Source: Chlorokybus atmophyticus (Eukaryota; Plantae; Mesostigma and Chlorokybus algae). Taken from it: a stretch of 42,372 nucleotides of DNA. This document shows positions 22,421 to 34,677 of the stretch, piece after piece (position 1 is the first letter of the stretch; each line of letters opens with the position of its first letter). The notes beneath the pieces are model-generated. The model had not been told where the DNA came from, searched no databases, and saw only the letters and a program-made list of their open reading frames with translations. The stretch is from positions 474,731 through 517,102 of the forward strand of contig RHPI01002048.1 of assembly GCA_009103225.1 (NCBI GenBank), given 5' to 3'. The position numbers and the translations under genes are program-made.

Positions 22421-23329
22421 AAGTATTGCGCTACCATAAACATGGGTAGAAAAGATGCTTCTGTGTCATGCACAAGCTAAACCATGTTCTAGCACAACAC
22501 CATGCAGCAGATTGTAGTGCAACGCGAGGCGGTAGCTTTTGTAATGTAAGTTGCAGATTGCCATTGTTAAGAAAGGCACAAGACGGATGGCTATCATCAT
22601 GCTTATCTCCAGCTACACATGTACGCGGTGTCCATTAAGACAACACTTTACGCAACTTGTACAATTTGTAGCGCATATTCGGTGGATTAAGTGCCTTCAA
22701 GTGCGCCAATTAATATATATTCCTGATAATTTGTGCCGCTTGCATGGAGCACACAATGACTTGAGCAAACCGCTTGCAAATTTAATGCATAGCGTGCACG
22801 ACGCATTCTTCAAAAACGTGTTTGAGATGGTTCAGCAACATTTTTGCACTCTTTAGCATGTAGCTTTGTTAGCGCATAACGGTTACTTTTTGATGTATAC
22901 AAGCTATTCTCACACACTAACGGCGATCAGCATGTGATATTTTTGTGCATTCGTAGCGGTTGCGCTGAGCCTCCTACAAAGCTTATGCGAGGATTTCGCT
23001 TCGCTTGCTCACAACATTTGCGTAATGCGATAAGTTTTGTAGTTAAGACATTATGCATTTTGACTTGCTCTCCTGTCGGCCGCAGTGGCGGCGGCGCTGT
23101 GGATCTAACCGTAGCCTTTGTTGTAACAGGTTGGTTGGTTGGTTGGTTGGTTGTGCTACCCACTAGCTCGTACCCACTACCCTGCACGCTCAGTGCCCCG
23201 CCTTGCATTTGCACACTGTGCAGTGCTATGATAGCAAATTACAGCACCTAGCCTAAGCCCCTGGTGTAATAGAGTTTGCCCCTATTGTCTTGCCAATGAA
23301 TGCGTGTGTGTGTGCATCACTGTGCATGA

Positions 23330-25105
23330 TTGTGCATTACCTACTCGACTCTACACCATATGCATGCAGCAATGACCAGCAGGGCGCAATAGGCGTAAAG
23401 GTAGGATGGAGTTGACTTGGTGGTTGTGTATGCGGCATGCATCTGCATGTAGTTGGCTGCATGTGGTTGGTGCTTGGCAAATGCATGTGCATAACAAACT
23501 GCTATATCCTATACATGCATGCCTATGAGGGGGCGGTGGGGTAGTTGTAGTGTTGCGTAGTGTACAAAAGATGCAAGCTGCATCACGTGCATGCAGAGCA
23601 CACTACATTCACATGTCACACACCGACTCAGCACACCGCATTCAGCATGCCGTTACGTAGTGTCCTTAGACCCGGGTGGTCTATACGAAGTGGTGGCTGT
23701 GGTGAGTGGCCACAAACGGTCTGCGTGCATGCATGGTGTGTATAAATAGCGAAAAACTATTCTAGGCATGCAATACGTGCCGCACATCTGTTGTACATGC
23801 ATTGTGTCACTCACACACCATTCCCAAGCAACTTACCTTCATTCTCAGTCAATCCCACCGGGCACATCCAACTACTTACAGCTATGTCTACTACTAGCTA
23901 CCTGTGCTCACAGACATGCATGGCAAACATGTCCATGAATCTTCAAAACAAAACTATTCTAGGCATCCAATTATGTGCTGCACATCCGTTGTACATGCAC
24001 AATATCACTCAGCAGGCCGCGTTCCTCAGCACATACCTTCATTCAACAAGCAGCACCACCGGGCATAGCCAACCACACTCACTGCTATGTCTACCACTAG
24101 CTACCCCACCCTGTTAGTTATGCACATGCAGTGGTTACCTGTATCAAGCACAGTCGCAGCGTCAGCCACAATATCAAGCTTTACCAACAGCCTGCTCCGC
24201 GCGCATGCAGTGCGTATCCATTGCTGTCGCTCTCACTGGCGGCTTTGGCTTCTCAAGCGCGCGAACAAGAGCTTGTACAGCAGGGGTGGCGGTGTACAGT
24301 ACGCATACACATCGTGGCGCAGCATCTTCTGCCTGAGTGTCGCCAGCATTTTTCTTCAATGGGTGTCCATCCGTCTGCATGGCTGACAGCACCTCTGTCA
24401 TGGCGGCTACAAAGTGCTTTTTGTACGTACACACATGCACAAAGCGCGTGTACTGCGACTCGACAACTCCCACCTTCACGCTCCTTGGGCATTTTCGAGT
24501 CTGGCAGAGGAGCACGGTGATGCGGTATGCCTACGTAGGCGGCCTCTTGGCGCTTGCAGTACAGCTTGCTGCAAATACCATCTGCTTGGAAGATCCTCCA
24601 AGTCCAAGAAGGACACCGTGGTTGCGGCTGCGATTTTGGCTACCGTCAGAATGTGCTGCGGGTACATGTACTCAGCATTCAGTGCTCTTGAGACTTGTGC
24701 ACGTGTATGCAGCATGCAGGTGCGTGTTGTTGGGCTGCATGCAGTTGATGCTCATATCGGTTGCTCGTAACCTGCACACCAATGCACTTTCACACAGCGA
24801 GAGCGAGAGCGAGACAGAGACAGACAGCGACAACCGCCCATGTGGCAGGTAATCGCAACTGACATTCATGTCTAACGGGGTAGGCGAGATAGTGGTAGTG
24901 CGGTAATGTAGAATGTAGTGCGTAGCAACCCGGTGGTTGTAAAAGATGCAAGAGGGAGTTCATACATGCAAACCTATGTGCATATGCAATGTTACTAACA
25001 CCACAAACACTCACCAAATCGACCACCGGGGAAAAACGGCGCCTACATGCTACCTACTGACTACGTCAATCTACTACTGCTGCCCCTCTGTTAAACATGC
25101 ATGGC
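23330..25105. repeat. Array of degenerate copies (about 150-200 bp) of one repeat in both orientations
   Basis: Direct pair about 197-201 bp apart (aaaactattctaggcat at 23753 and 23950; ccaccggg at 23855 and 24056). A third + copy is at about 25023. Inverted seeds occur at about 23671 (cccgggtgg) and 24929 (cccggtgg), and ggtggggtag at about 23535 is the reverse complement of ctaccccacc at about 24101. Confidence 0.65.
24090..24800 (-). mobile_element. Possible decayed SWIM-finger / Mutator-like (MULE) transposase fragment
   Basis: Across a frameshift the - strand reads AYTCTSLK... / ...YPQHILTVAKIAAATTVSFLDLEDLPSRWYLQ, which resembles the CxC...CxH(I/L)LxV...LPxRW pattern of SWIM/MULE proteins. 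Downstream frames carry stops. Key Cys residues are missing, so the call is tentative. Confidence 0.3.
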
Positions 25106-25242
25106 AATTGCAGTCACCTGCACATGCGCCTTGGTTAGCGGCCTTGTTGTGTTTGGCAGAGTAAAGTGTGTGACTGTGGCTGCATGTAACTGTGACATCC
25201 ATGCATGTGATAATATAGGCAGAATACTACTATGTACCCCAA

Positions 25243-25310
25243 GCGAGCGAGCGAGCGCGAGGGCGAGCGAGAGCAAGAACGAGCGAGAGAGCGAGAGAGA
25301 GAGAGAGAGA
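25243..25310 (+). repeat. (GAGC)n/(GA)n microsatellite
   Basis: gcgagcgagcgagcgcgagggcgagcgagagc...gagagagagagaga. Confidence 0.85.
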
Positions 25311-25643
25311 TGGATGCATTAAACTCGGTTGCCTTTGTTACAACTAGTGACAATGCTGACCAGTCGGCACATATTGACTGGGCAGCGATGACTAACCAAT
25401 TCAAGGGTAGAGCTTTGCATGGAAGCACTTACAGCCCCACCCAAACACCACAATTTTGTAACAACCGTTGCAGTGGAGGCGACACAACAGTCCTGTGTTG
25501 CACTCAGACTGTGCTCTACCACACATGCAGACCTCCTCATGCATGTCTTAGGAGTTACTGCCTATTTTCTGTACTTGCAGTCACTAAGCTATTCACCTAC
25601 ACTCCTAGTCGCGCCGTATGTACAAAGCTAGTCATACTAGACA

Positions 25644-27491
25644 CTAATAAACGGTGTGCGGCGCATCCGTGCTGCCTTTGCCCTGGAGCTTGTCCACGAA
25701 AGCCTTGCCCATGGGATCAGCGGAACTTGGGTTCTGCACCACACACCGTCCACACAAGTTTCAAATAATGCACTTCAAGGCGGCTGTTACCACTGTGCTG
25801 TGCGCTTACGCACTGCCCAAGCATCCAATTCGTGAAACACCTCTTGCTACAACCTCACATGACACCGGTCAAGGCGGCCAAGCGCTAGTTGTTATAAGCC
25901 TCTAGGACGTGTTCACTGCTTTGATGTGCATCCAGTGTGTTAAACTATGCAGCGTGCCCAATGCCCTCCAACCCAAGATCAACTCACCTGCGATGTAACC
26001 AGTTCGCGGTCGACGGTTACTTTGGGCATGAGAGGCGGCGCCTCCTCCATGATAGCGCCGTGGTCGCGCAGGGCGGACTCCAGGTAGAACTAGCAACAAC
26101 CACATTGGAATAAGCATGTGTGCGCGAGGAAGCGCCAGCGAGTGCAAGGGCGGAGTGAGAGGTGGGAAGAGCGGAAGGGGGGGGACTTTGCGCATGAAAC
26201 ACACCGGCACATGACCCTTCAAGAACAGCAACTCAGTGGCCTGCTCCTCAAGGTTCGAGTAGCAGGTCATGTGGTAGCCCTTGTATGGCCAAGGCTTGCC
26301 CTTCTCAACCTCCTTAATTGACAGGAAACTGGCTGGACCATGACAGATGCTCGCTGCGCACAACAACACTGTCGAGCTGCAAACTCATTGCAAATGGCTG
26401 ATCACGCACACGCCATGACATTTCAGATCCTTGCCATACCACCTACGGGCATGGACTACCTGTTGGTTTGGACTCCGTATGAAAGTGAAGCAGAATGCGT
26501 CCCAAATCAGCATTGTTCCACAGGTCTGCCATGGGAGCATGCCCTGGACATTCCATGCCAAATGAGATCAGAAACATGACCATCATGAAATGTGTTGTCA
26601 GTCTGTAAGCTGCTAGCTCAGGTCCTACAGGTAGTGACTGCCATGACCACATCCTCACCGCCAGGGATAAACACCCCGTCGTAGTTCTTCAGCTTGTCTT
26701 CGTTGATGCTGGAGAACTTCGTGGGTTTGCTGAAGTTCTTCTCCGACTGCTCGCAACATGCACAATGTTGTTGCCGCATAGCTGTTTCACCATGCATGCC
26801 CACATACATGCATGGGGGGCTGCTGTTGTCATGTCCAGCTAGAGCATGCATGCATGCATGCATGCATGCATAAATGCACGTGTGGGTCCCCAGCTCACCT
26901 TCATCTTCTCAATCAGCGACTTCTCGCGCTCGAACTCCTTCAGGTTGAACCCGAACCACATCGGGTTGTCGGACAAGGGATCCATAGCAGAAGGCTCGCC
27001 GGTGGGATTGGCAAACTGGGCTCAAGCCACAAACAAAGTGTTTGGGTCACACACGAGCAAGCATTCACAACCCTGCGGCCCCCCCACTCAACACACCCAG
27101 GTGACACGTACGTGCGGACTGCAACACCAACAAAAGCAAAAGCGCAGCTGACAAATTGTTGACTACGCTCATGTCATATGGGACCAAATGATCTGGTTGG
27201 CATTGTTTACCTCAACATCATAATTTGCGTCCAGCAGGCGTTCCAGCGGCTCAGTGAGCTCCTTGAGAAAGAAGCCTGTCTTGACCTCTTTGCCGTCCTT
27301 CAGCTTCAGTTTGTCCGCTCCCGAAAGGCAGATCAGCACCTGCGCAGCACATGCTCGCAGCTCAACCAGACTACTCAACATGCATGCATGCACCCTGCCA
27401 GGGCTGTGAGCTCACACAGCTTGCGACTCTTGTCTTTCTTGCACCACGTGACCTTGCTTGAAGCAGCAGCAAGGCAGCTTACCTTGCCCAT
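25644..27491 (-). CDS. DJ-1/PfpI superfamily, single-domain Hsp31-like (glyoxalase III / class I GATase-like)
   Basis: Eight spliced coding exons: MGK|VLICLSGADKL...TGFFLKELTEPL...YDVE|FANPTGEPSAMDPLS...|...YDGVFIPG|GHAPMADLW...|ASICHGPASFL...MTCYSNLEE...|FYLESALRDHGA...VTVDRELVTSQ|NPSSADPMGKAFVDKL...VY-TAG. Catalytic Glu (KEL) and nucleophile elbow CHG are present. Confidence 0.93.
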
Positions 27492-29184
27492 GTTGGTTGT
27501 AGCTCTGAAAAGCAGCAAGCGCTGGGCGGTTACTCAAGCACACCTGAGAACGCAATGCGTGTCAACTACATCTGTCAAAAGCACAACGTCATGCACGCTC
27601 CATCATGCGGGTAGCCATGGCACGCATGCACAGGACATTCATGCACTGAGTCCAGGCTGGGCAGCACACCGGAACCCTCAGCCCTGTTGCTCTCACCGGC
27701 AGCAGTTTGGAAGCAGCGCCAGCAATGCGCAACAACCCAGCAGCGCAGCCCCAGCTTTTGACTTCACTTGTTGTTAGCAACCTGTTGCCCCAGCTTCATT
27801 GCACTCGCTGCAGGCGGAGTCTAAACCCGAAAGGTGTCAACTCAGGAGCAAACAGCACTTGCCCGCGCTATTTCCTCAGGACCTTGCAGTGTTGCCGAGC
27901 AACATCAACTGCCTTCTTCTTGCGTTTGTGCTTTGCTGATGCTGGCAGTGGCGTCCAGCTGAGGTGCTGCTGACGCAGGGCGGTGTTGTCATGACGTGTC
28001 TGACACCAGCAAGTAGCCGCAGAGCGCTGCTGCCGACGCAATGGGGGAAGTCGCAGCCATGCTTTGATTGATGGAGCTCGTTCCGGGAGAAGGTCGGTTG
28101 AGGCATACGCGGACGCTAAGCCGCCGGACCACACTGCAAACATCTATTACGAATGCATGCAAGCACCTTTCACTACCCATACGTACAATATGTGCAGCGC
28201 GTCGGCCCCTACCATCGCACCACGCACATCGCCACACCGCCGCACCCCAGCTCACGCTGACACTCAGCACACCCAGTGGGTGTCACCGGCATACCGGGGG
28301 CCGCACAGCACTGCGTCCTTCGCCACCTCTCCGGCGCGACGCGGCTGCAACACCTAGCTGATGAATGAACGATAGCTAGTCAGGACAAGGCAGGCAGCCA
28401 CAGCAGCGCCACCTGCACACAAGAGGCGGGGACACCTTTATCTAAAGACATGTCTCTTTATTGATTCATCATACTGTATTGTCTGCACCAAGATACTCTG
28501 ACGCCACTGCCATGAGATGAAGTTACTTCCTCATTTGTGTGCAGCGGACTTCTGGCTACCTACGCTGAGAGTTGGTGGTGCTGGCTGCAAGGTTGTCGTA
28601 CTCGTAGGCAATTGAACCGGACATGTATGCTGCCCACATCAAGCGCGGTTGTAGCGTTTGTTGGACACGACTCAGCAATTATACACCAATCTGTTACTGA
28701 TAACCCCTATCCCTGTGGATATAAGCATGTAGTTTTGAATCTCATTGCTCAGTGTGTAGCAATATTGCTTACACATTGAAATCTTATAAACGTGCTTCCC
28801 AACATCGGGAGAGGAGGTTGTTAACTACGTGCAGAAAGTTACCACACCAGTACCAGTCAACAACGCACAACCGCCACGTACCAATGCAACGAAAGCAAGC
28901 AAGGGGAGGCAAGGGCTGAGCGGGTGGGGTGGTGGGGTGATCATGCTGTAGTGGTTAACTAGGCCAGCAGCATCCATCACAGTTGTATGCAGCCAACACA
29001 AGCACGCCACTTCACACAGACAACACTTGGCACTTTCAGAGCTAAACCTGCGTGCGCATCCTTCAATGAATGCAAGCGCAGCAGTCTCGACACCGAGGCA
29101 TGCAGTACACTGGTGGCTGGGTTGAATCCACTAGCTATGGCAGGCTGTCCAGGCATCTGTGACAACAGCTGACCCCCCAGGGTT

Positions 29185-31498
29185 CTATGGCTGAGCAGCA
29201 TCCACTTGAAATAGCTGCGCAAGTGTTGGGCCATTCGCCGCGCTTGTAGCAAACTTAAACCAAGTCTCTGCTGCAAGTAGTGAAGGTGCCGGCACGTGTG
29301 TCAACAAGCCGATAGGTGACACACTCACCTGCGGTTGCGAGTACATTAATCAAAACGGTACTCTCCCAATCACATGAGAGCAAGTGAGCACAATCAATTA
29401 GACATGTGCAGCAGCGACCTCCAACCACGAAATGCTTGTCACATCTCTGATACCACACGGTCCAGACAAGGCAGTTGCGCAACAGCGATATAGCTTGTAC
29501 ACGTACCCATCCCTGTGAAACGGCATAGGAGTCCAAGTCCAGGCTTTTATCTGCATCGTCAACAAACGCCGCCACCTGCCACGTCAACCTTACCATCGCC
29601 ACTGTATCTAAGTAGTTGTGATGCTTGATAGTGTATTGATCTCTTGGCATGCTGATGCTAAACAGCTTACCTCGTGACGAAACCGGCGCCTTTTTGATAA
29701 GGCTACTTGTTCGGCATGTTCAGAGTCAGGACGCAACCGCTTGCCGGATCTATGCTGTTGTGGTGGCAACTCGTCTCCAAGCTTGGTTTGCTGCTGAGGG
29801 ACACCATACTGCTCACACTCATGTGCACATCCTGTCAGCTCATTGCAATGTGACAACCCCACAATGTTACCTTAGCATAATTGGCATCATTACTGTCCTC
29901 AACACGGGCTTCCTTCTTGCTATCGTCATCAACAGGCAGTTCAACAAAGCGCGGTATAATCTGCGCCAGCCCTTGTCGCGTGTATCGGACGCCCTTTATC
30001 TGGGTGGCAGTTAGACATAAGTCAGAATCGCACTACACAAAAGAATGTCATATGTTGTGTGCCGGCCGACATGACACTGGTGTTGACACATGTTTGCAAG
30101 ACCTGATCACGTGGAAGGTGCGGCACATTGACATTGATGAGGCAGTCTTTTGGAAAAACCGGACCGGATGTGTCTTCTGAGACGCTTTGCATGGCCGCCT
30201 TTATGATTGGCATGCAGGCCTCAACGGCCGGGGCATAGTCCGCTTTGCGCGAAAGGCTGTTGTAACGAAGCACCAGCCTGATTAGCTACAGACACAAGCG
30301 CAAGCTGTGACGCAAAGCAGACTAGAACGGCATGCACATACCGTATGATGCAGAGTCACACTGTACCTGTCCAATGATAGAGCTATGGCCGGGACTCGTC
30401 CGACAAGAGCTTCACGGGCACCCCCAACAGTGCCGGAGTATATTCTGCAAAGCATTGTGCTAAGCTTCTGACTGCTCACGTTCATATCAGCAAAAGGAAT
30501 GCTGTGCAAACCACAGGCAACCTACTGGTCACAACTCTCACATGAATTCAGTGAAACTGCCCTCACATGTTCATTCCCGCATTACTGCCACGGTTCATCC
30601 CACTGATGACCTACCATCATATGGAAACAATGCCATTTCATCAGTGGCAGACATTAAGTTAAACTGCACACGCGCTATTGGCAATACCACAAACCAAGGA
30701 TGTGCACATGCATATTCACGCACCAAATCAGGCCGCCTGCCGGAGAACAGCTGCCCGCTTAACCCGAGCATGACACAATCGGCCGGGTTGCCTGTGTGTG
30801 TGTGCAAGCGTTCAGCAGAATGTCACTAGACAAAGGCCCGCAATCCCAGCAAAAGTTGGGAAAAGGTCACATTTGTGCATGCAGCACAAACACGTTTGAG
30901 GTAGCCCCCAGCATGTCAATCAGGTGACACTCAACAGTATAAACCAAGGATGGTGCTAGATGCTGACTACCGTGTTGCTGTGAGCAGTGCCCTCACCTGT
31001 ACATTCGTACGCCTCCACATCCTCAAACAGGCTCACAGGCGCAATTTCCAAGGGCCGGTGCAGCTCTATGCAATGGGACACCGCAGAGCGCTCCCTGCAT
31101 GCGACAGCATTAGAACCCTAAGCAAGCGCCTCTGCAACAAGCATGCGCTCGCTAGCGACCACTTCCCGTGCATGGCCATGACCAAACGAGATCACAAGCT
31201 GATAAACAACGGAGAAGATGACACGAACAGCGGCTCGACAGGAATTTCCGTGAGCAGGTGTACACGCAAACAACTGTGCAACAAACAAACATGCCACACA
31301 CCTGTCTGGTGCGCACACGAGCACTTCGCACCCGCCTGCTGCCCGCAGGCCATCCAGCACAGCCGCCAGGCCGGGAGAAAAGATGCCATCATCGTTCGTG
31401 AGCAGTACCCTCGGGACCACTGGCTCTTCCTTGGGGACCTGTGCGCCCTTTCCGTCCGCCTCCTCCTTCCCCGCCACCACCGCCACCGCCGCCTCCAT
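29185..31498 (-). CDS. surE: SurE-family 5'/3'-nucleotidase (survival protein E-like phosphatase)
   Basis: Spliced motifs: VLLTNDDGIFSPGL, CAPDR|ERSAVSH, GNPADCV, RPDL|VISGMNRGSNAG, YSGTVGGAREA, PAIALSL, LINVNVP, TRQG, DSYAVSQGW|VSVSPI; stop TAG at 29187-29185. Start at 31498 is the most plausible ATG. Confidence 0.93.
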
Positions 31499-31902
31499 GT
31501 TGCTGGTTTCCGCAATGCAGCAAATGCAGCAAAGGCCTTTCACGCCGAACTCTTTCTTCTTCTGGATATCAGCGGCGCGATACACCAGAGAATGTAAGCA
31601 AGGAGCGGTGTACACGAAGGCTTGACCAAGAAGCTGCACCAAGTATGCTAACGTTGGCAAGTCGGAACGCACGTTGCGGCGGCGGCAGCGGCGGCGGCGG
31701 CGGTGCTGGTGTCGGTGCTTGTGTTTATTCTTTGCATGTCTCCTTATTGAGTGGCAGCAGCGTTACATACAGGCTTGAAGCTGGATTGTGCAAGCTTGGG
31801 CGTGTCTTAGAGTGCATATGTGAAGCAAAATTGGTGCTGCACTGGTCTGGTCTGGTCTGGTCTGGTCCGTTCTGGTCTGGTGGGAGCAGCTAGGCGCTCG
31901 TC
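31499..31902. promoter_or_regulatory. Compact bidirectional promoter (SurE / bystin) containing a (TCTGG)n pentamer repeat
   Basis: The divergent ATGs are 404 bp apart; tctggtctggtctggtctgg...tctggtctgg at about 31843-31882. Confidence 0.55.
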
Positions 31903-34677
31903 ATGAAGGCCAGCAAGGCGGACAAGACGGGCGGGGGTGCTGACAAGAGCAACAAGGCGGCGGGGGGGAAGAAGAGGGCCCATGCGTTGACGCTGGAGGA
32001 GCAGCTGGACGGCACGGAGGACGCCCTCGGCCTGGAGCGGCGGGGCAAGGCGCGCAGGGCCGCCGCCGCCGCCTCTGCCGCAGAGACGGAGCAGCCTTCT
32101 GCTCGCGAGGCTTACGTCGCACCCAAAATAACAAGGCGCATACTGAAGCAGGCGCACGAGCAACAGCAGGAGGAGGAGCAGGCTGCCAGGTGGGAGAGCA
32201 GTTCAGGGCAATTTTTGTCAATGCCAGTCGTGTGTGTGCATGACAGTCTGGTTGATACATGCATAGACTAGGCTGTCATGTACTGCCATGCCATGTTTGC
32301 TACTGTGTCAGCGATTGCTTTATTTTTGGGTATGCGCCCTTGCACGCAACGCTTTGCACTCCATTGCGCGATGTTAGCTGTACTAGTAGGTTGTCAGCAT
32401 GCATGTTTCAGAGAGGTGGACATGCTGTTGCATATGCTTGATGAGCCGTTAAATAGACATGTGTTTGTGTGAAGCCATTGCACTTCCGGCTTGCGAGTTG
32501 GCAAAAGTTTCAAGCAAGTGTCAGTCATGGCCATGCCAGTCCTAGCCTCATGCAACGCAACAGTGCATGCACACTCGCTTTGCTCTGTCAACTCTTGCAA
32601 GCAGCATACCAGATGGCTCATTAGTTGCAAGCAGCGCCAGCTGCAGATGCTTGTGTGAACCAAAGTGCAGTGTGTAACCACGCTCTCTCCCTGCAGAATC
32701 GAGCGCGCGCCGCACGCAGAGCGTTTGTTCACAGCATTAAGCGATGCGCATGCCAAGGACACGGACGATGAGGACGATGCACTCTCTGATGGCGGCGAGA
32801 GCCTGTATCAAGAGGACTTTGTGCGTACTTTTGCAAGTATACCGCATCGCCTTGCACAGCACTCCGCTTGTTTTGGATTCATCATGTCGGACTGTGAGCT
32901 TTGAGGCTAGGCATGCATGCAAACTACAAGACTGAATCTTGGCAAGCAGGAAGTTGCGGAGGAAGACGAGCGGGCACTGGCAGCCTTCATGGCACCATCC
33001 GGACCGCAGCGCACGCTGGCCGACGTTATCATGGAACGAATAAAAGAAAAGTCTGAGGGACGCACAGCAGATGGCGACGCCGCTGATGGTGAGTGTTGGT
33101 GCGCAATCCAAGCTCTACTACCTATTGATATCTTTATCACGTAACTGTGAACAGCACACCCATTAACTGACAAAGCACTTGACAGTTGTTTGCTTAAGCG
33201 TACCAGGCGATTAGGCTTGCTGATTAGCGACTTGTCATATCTTACCAGTATGTTGCAGCTGTTCAGTGCGTCTCATCTCAACTCTTCTCTGTTTGCAGGT
33301 GGCGGGGCGGGTATATCTGGGCTAGACAGCAAGGTCGTTGAAGTGTACACGGGGTGAGTGACGCGCTTGGACTTGCGTAACATGTGTGCTTCCTTATAAG
33401 CGGTTGCTGGTCGCATGGCATTGATTACTCATCTGGTCTGCAGTGTTGGCAAGTTGCTCAAGAGGTACACGGCTGGTAAGGTCCCCAAGGCGTTCAAGAT
33501 CATACCGGCATTGACGAACTGGGAGGAGATTCTGTATCTTACGCAGCCGGATGATTGGTCTCCCAATGCTATGTACCAGGCAACACGACTGTTTGCATCA
33601 AATCTTAATGCAAAGATGGCTCAAAGGTGAGTTGCATCTTCACACCACATGCAGGCCAGGACATTCCGTGTCACATACTGCCACGGAGTGGCAGCTTCAT
33701 CATTCCTGTCAAGTGTGTTGGTTTTGCCTCGTGCTGTTCAGGTCTGCATAATAAATCTATCGTGTGATACTACAATAGGTTTTACAGCTTGGTGCTTCTG
33801 CCGCGTATTCGCTCGGACATAAGAGAACACCACAAGCTGCACTTTGCGCTCTACCAGTCTCTGAAGAAAGCTGTCTACAAGCCTGCTGCCTTCTATAAAG
33901 GCATTGTCTTGCCCATCTGTCAGGTAACTCCAAGACATTGTCTGTGTGCATGCGCACACATGAGTGCGTGGGTGTGCGTGCGTGCGTGGGTGGGTGCGCT
34001 CCAGCATAAGAGCAGCATTGATTTTGCCGTATCGTATCGCGTTATATGCTGCAGGCTGGTGATTGCACGTTGCGGGAAGCAGTCATTCTTTCTAGCGTGA
34101 TCACAAAGACCTCCATACCTGTGCTGCACTCAGCTGTTGCGCTGCTGAAGATCGCAGAGACGCCTTGGTGCGGTACCAACAGCTTCTTCATCTCTACACT
34201 GCTGAACAAGAAGTACGCGCTGCCCTACCGAGTTGTGGACGCCCTGGTCAGGCACTTTGTGTCGTTCAAGAGCGACGAGCGCATGCTTCCTGTTGTTTGG
34301 CACCAGTCTGTTCTTACCTTTGTTCAAAGGCGAGTGATTATGGTTCGACAGAACCACACACATGTACTCATGGCTGACGTGTGACAATCAGTTGTGTCAC
34401 AGTGTTCTGTGTCTGGTTTCATGAAAGAAAGGCTGTGGTTTGGGTTTGCAGGTACAAGAACGAGTTGCGTGCTGAGGACAAGGATGCCCTTCGAGCGGTG
34501 TTGAGGAAGCACGCGCATTACAAGGTGACACCTGAGGTGCATCGCGAGCTGAACCAGAGCCGTGCGCGAGGGGAGAAGGAGGACAGCATGGATGTAAGCA
34601 TAGCGGTGCCAAAGATCGCGGCAGATGAAGACCCCAGGAATTTCCCCACAGTTGAGATCTTGATGGATGAGGACTAG
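31903..34677 (+). CDS. BYSL: Bystin / ENP1, pre-40S ribosome biogenesis factor
   Basis: Multi-exon. Motifs: [36 protein letters not shown]|[100 protein letters not shown]; stop TAG at 34675-34677. Confidence 0.97.

Noticed and set aside
22274-24130. CRISPR-like array
   Set aside because: The repeats are long, degenerate and lack unique spacers; the context is eukaryotic with no cas genes.
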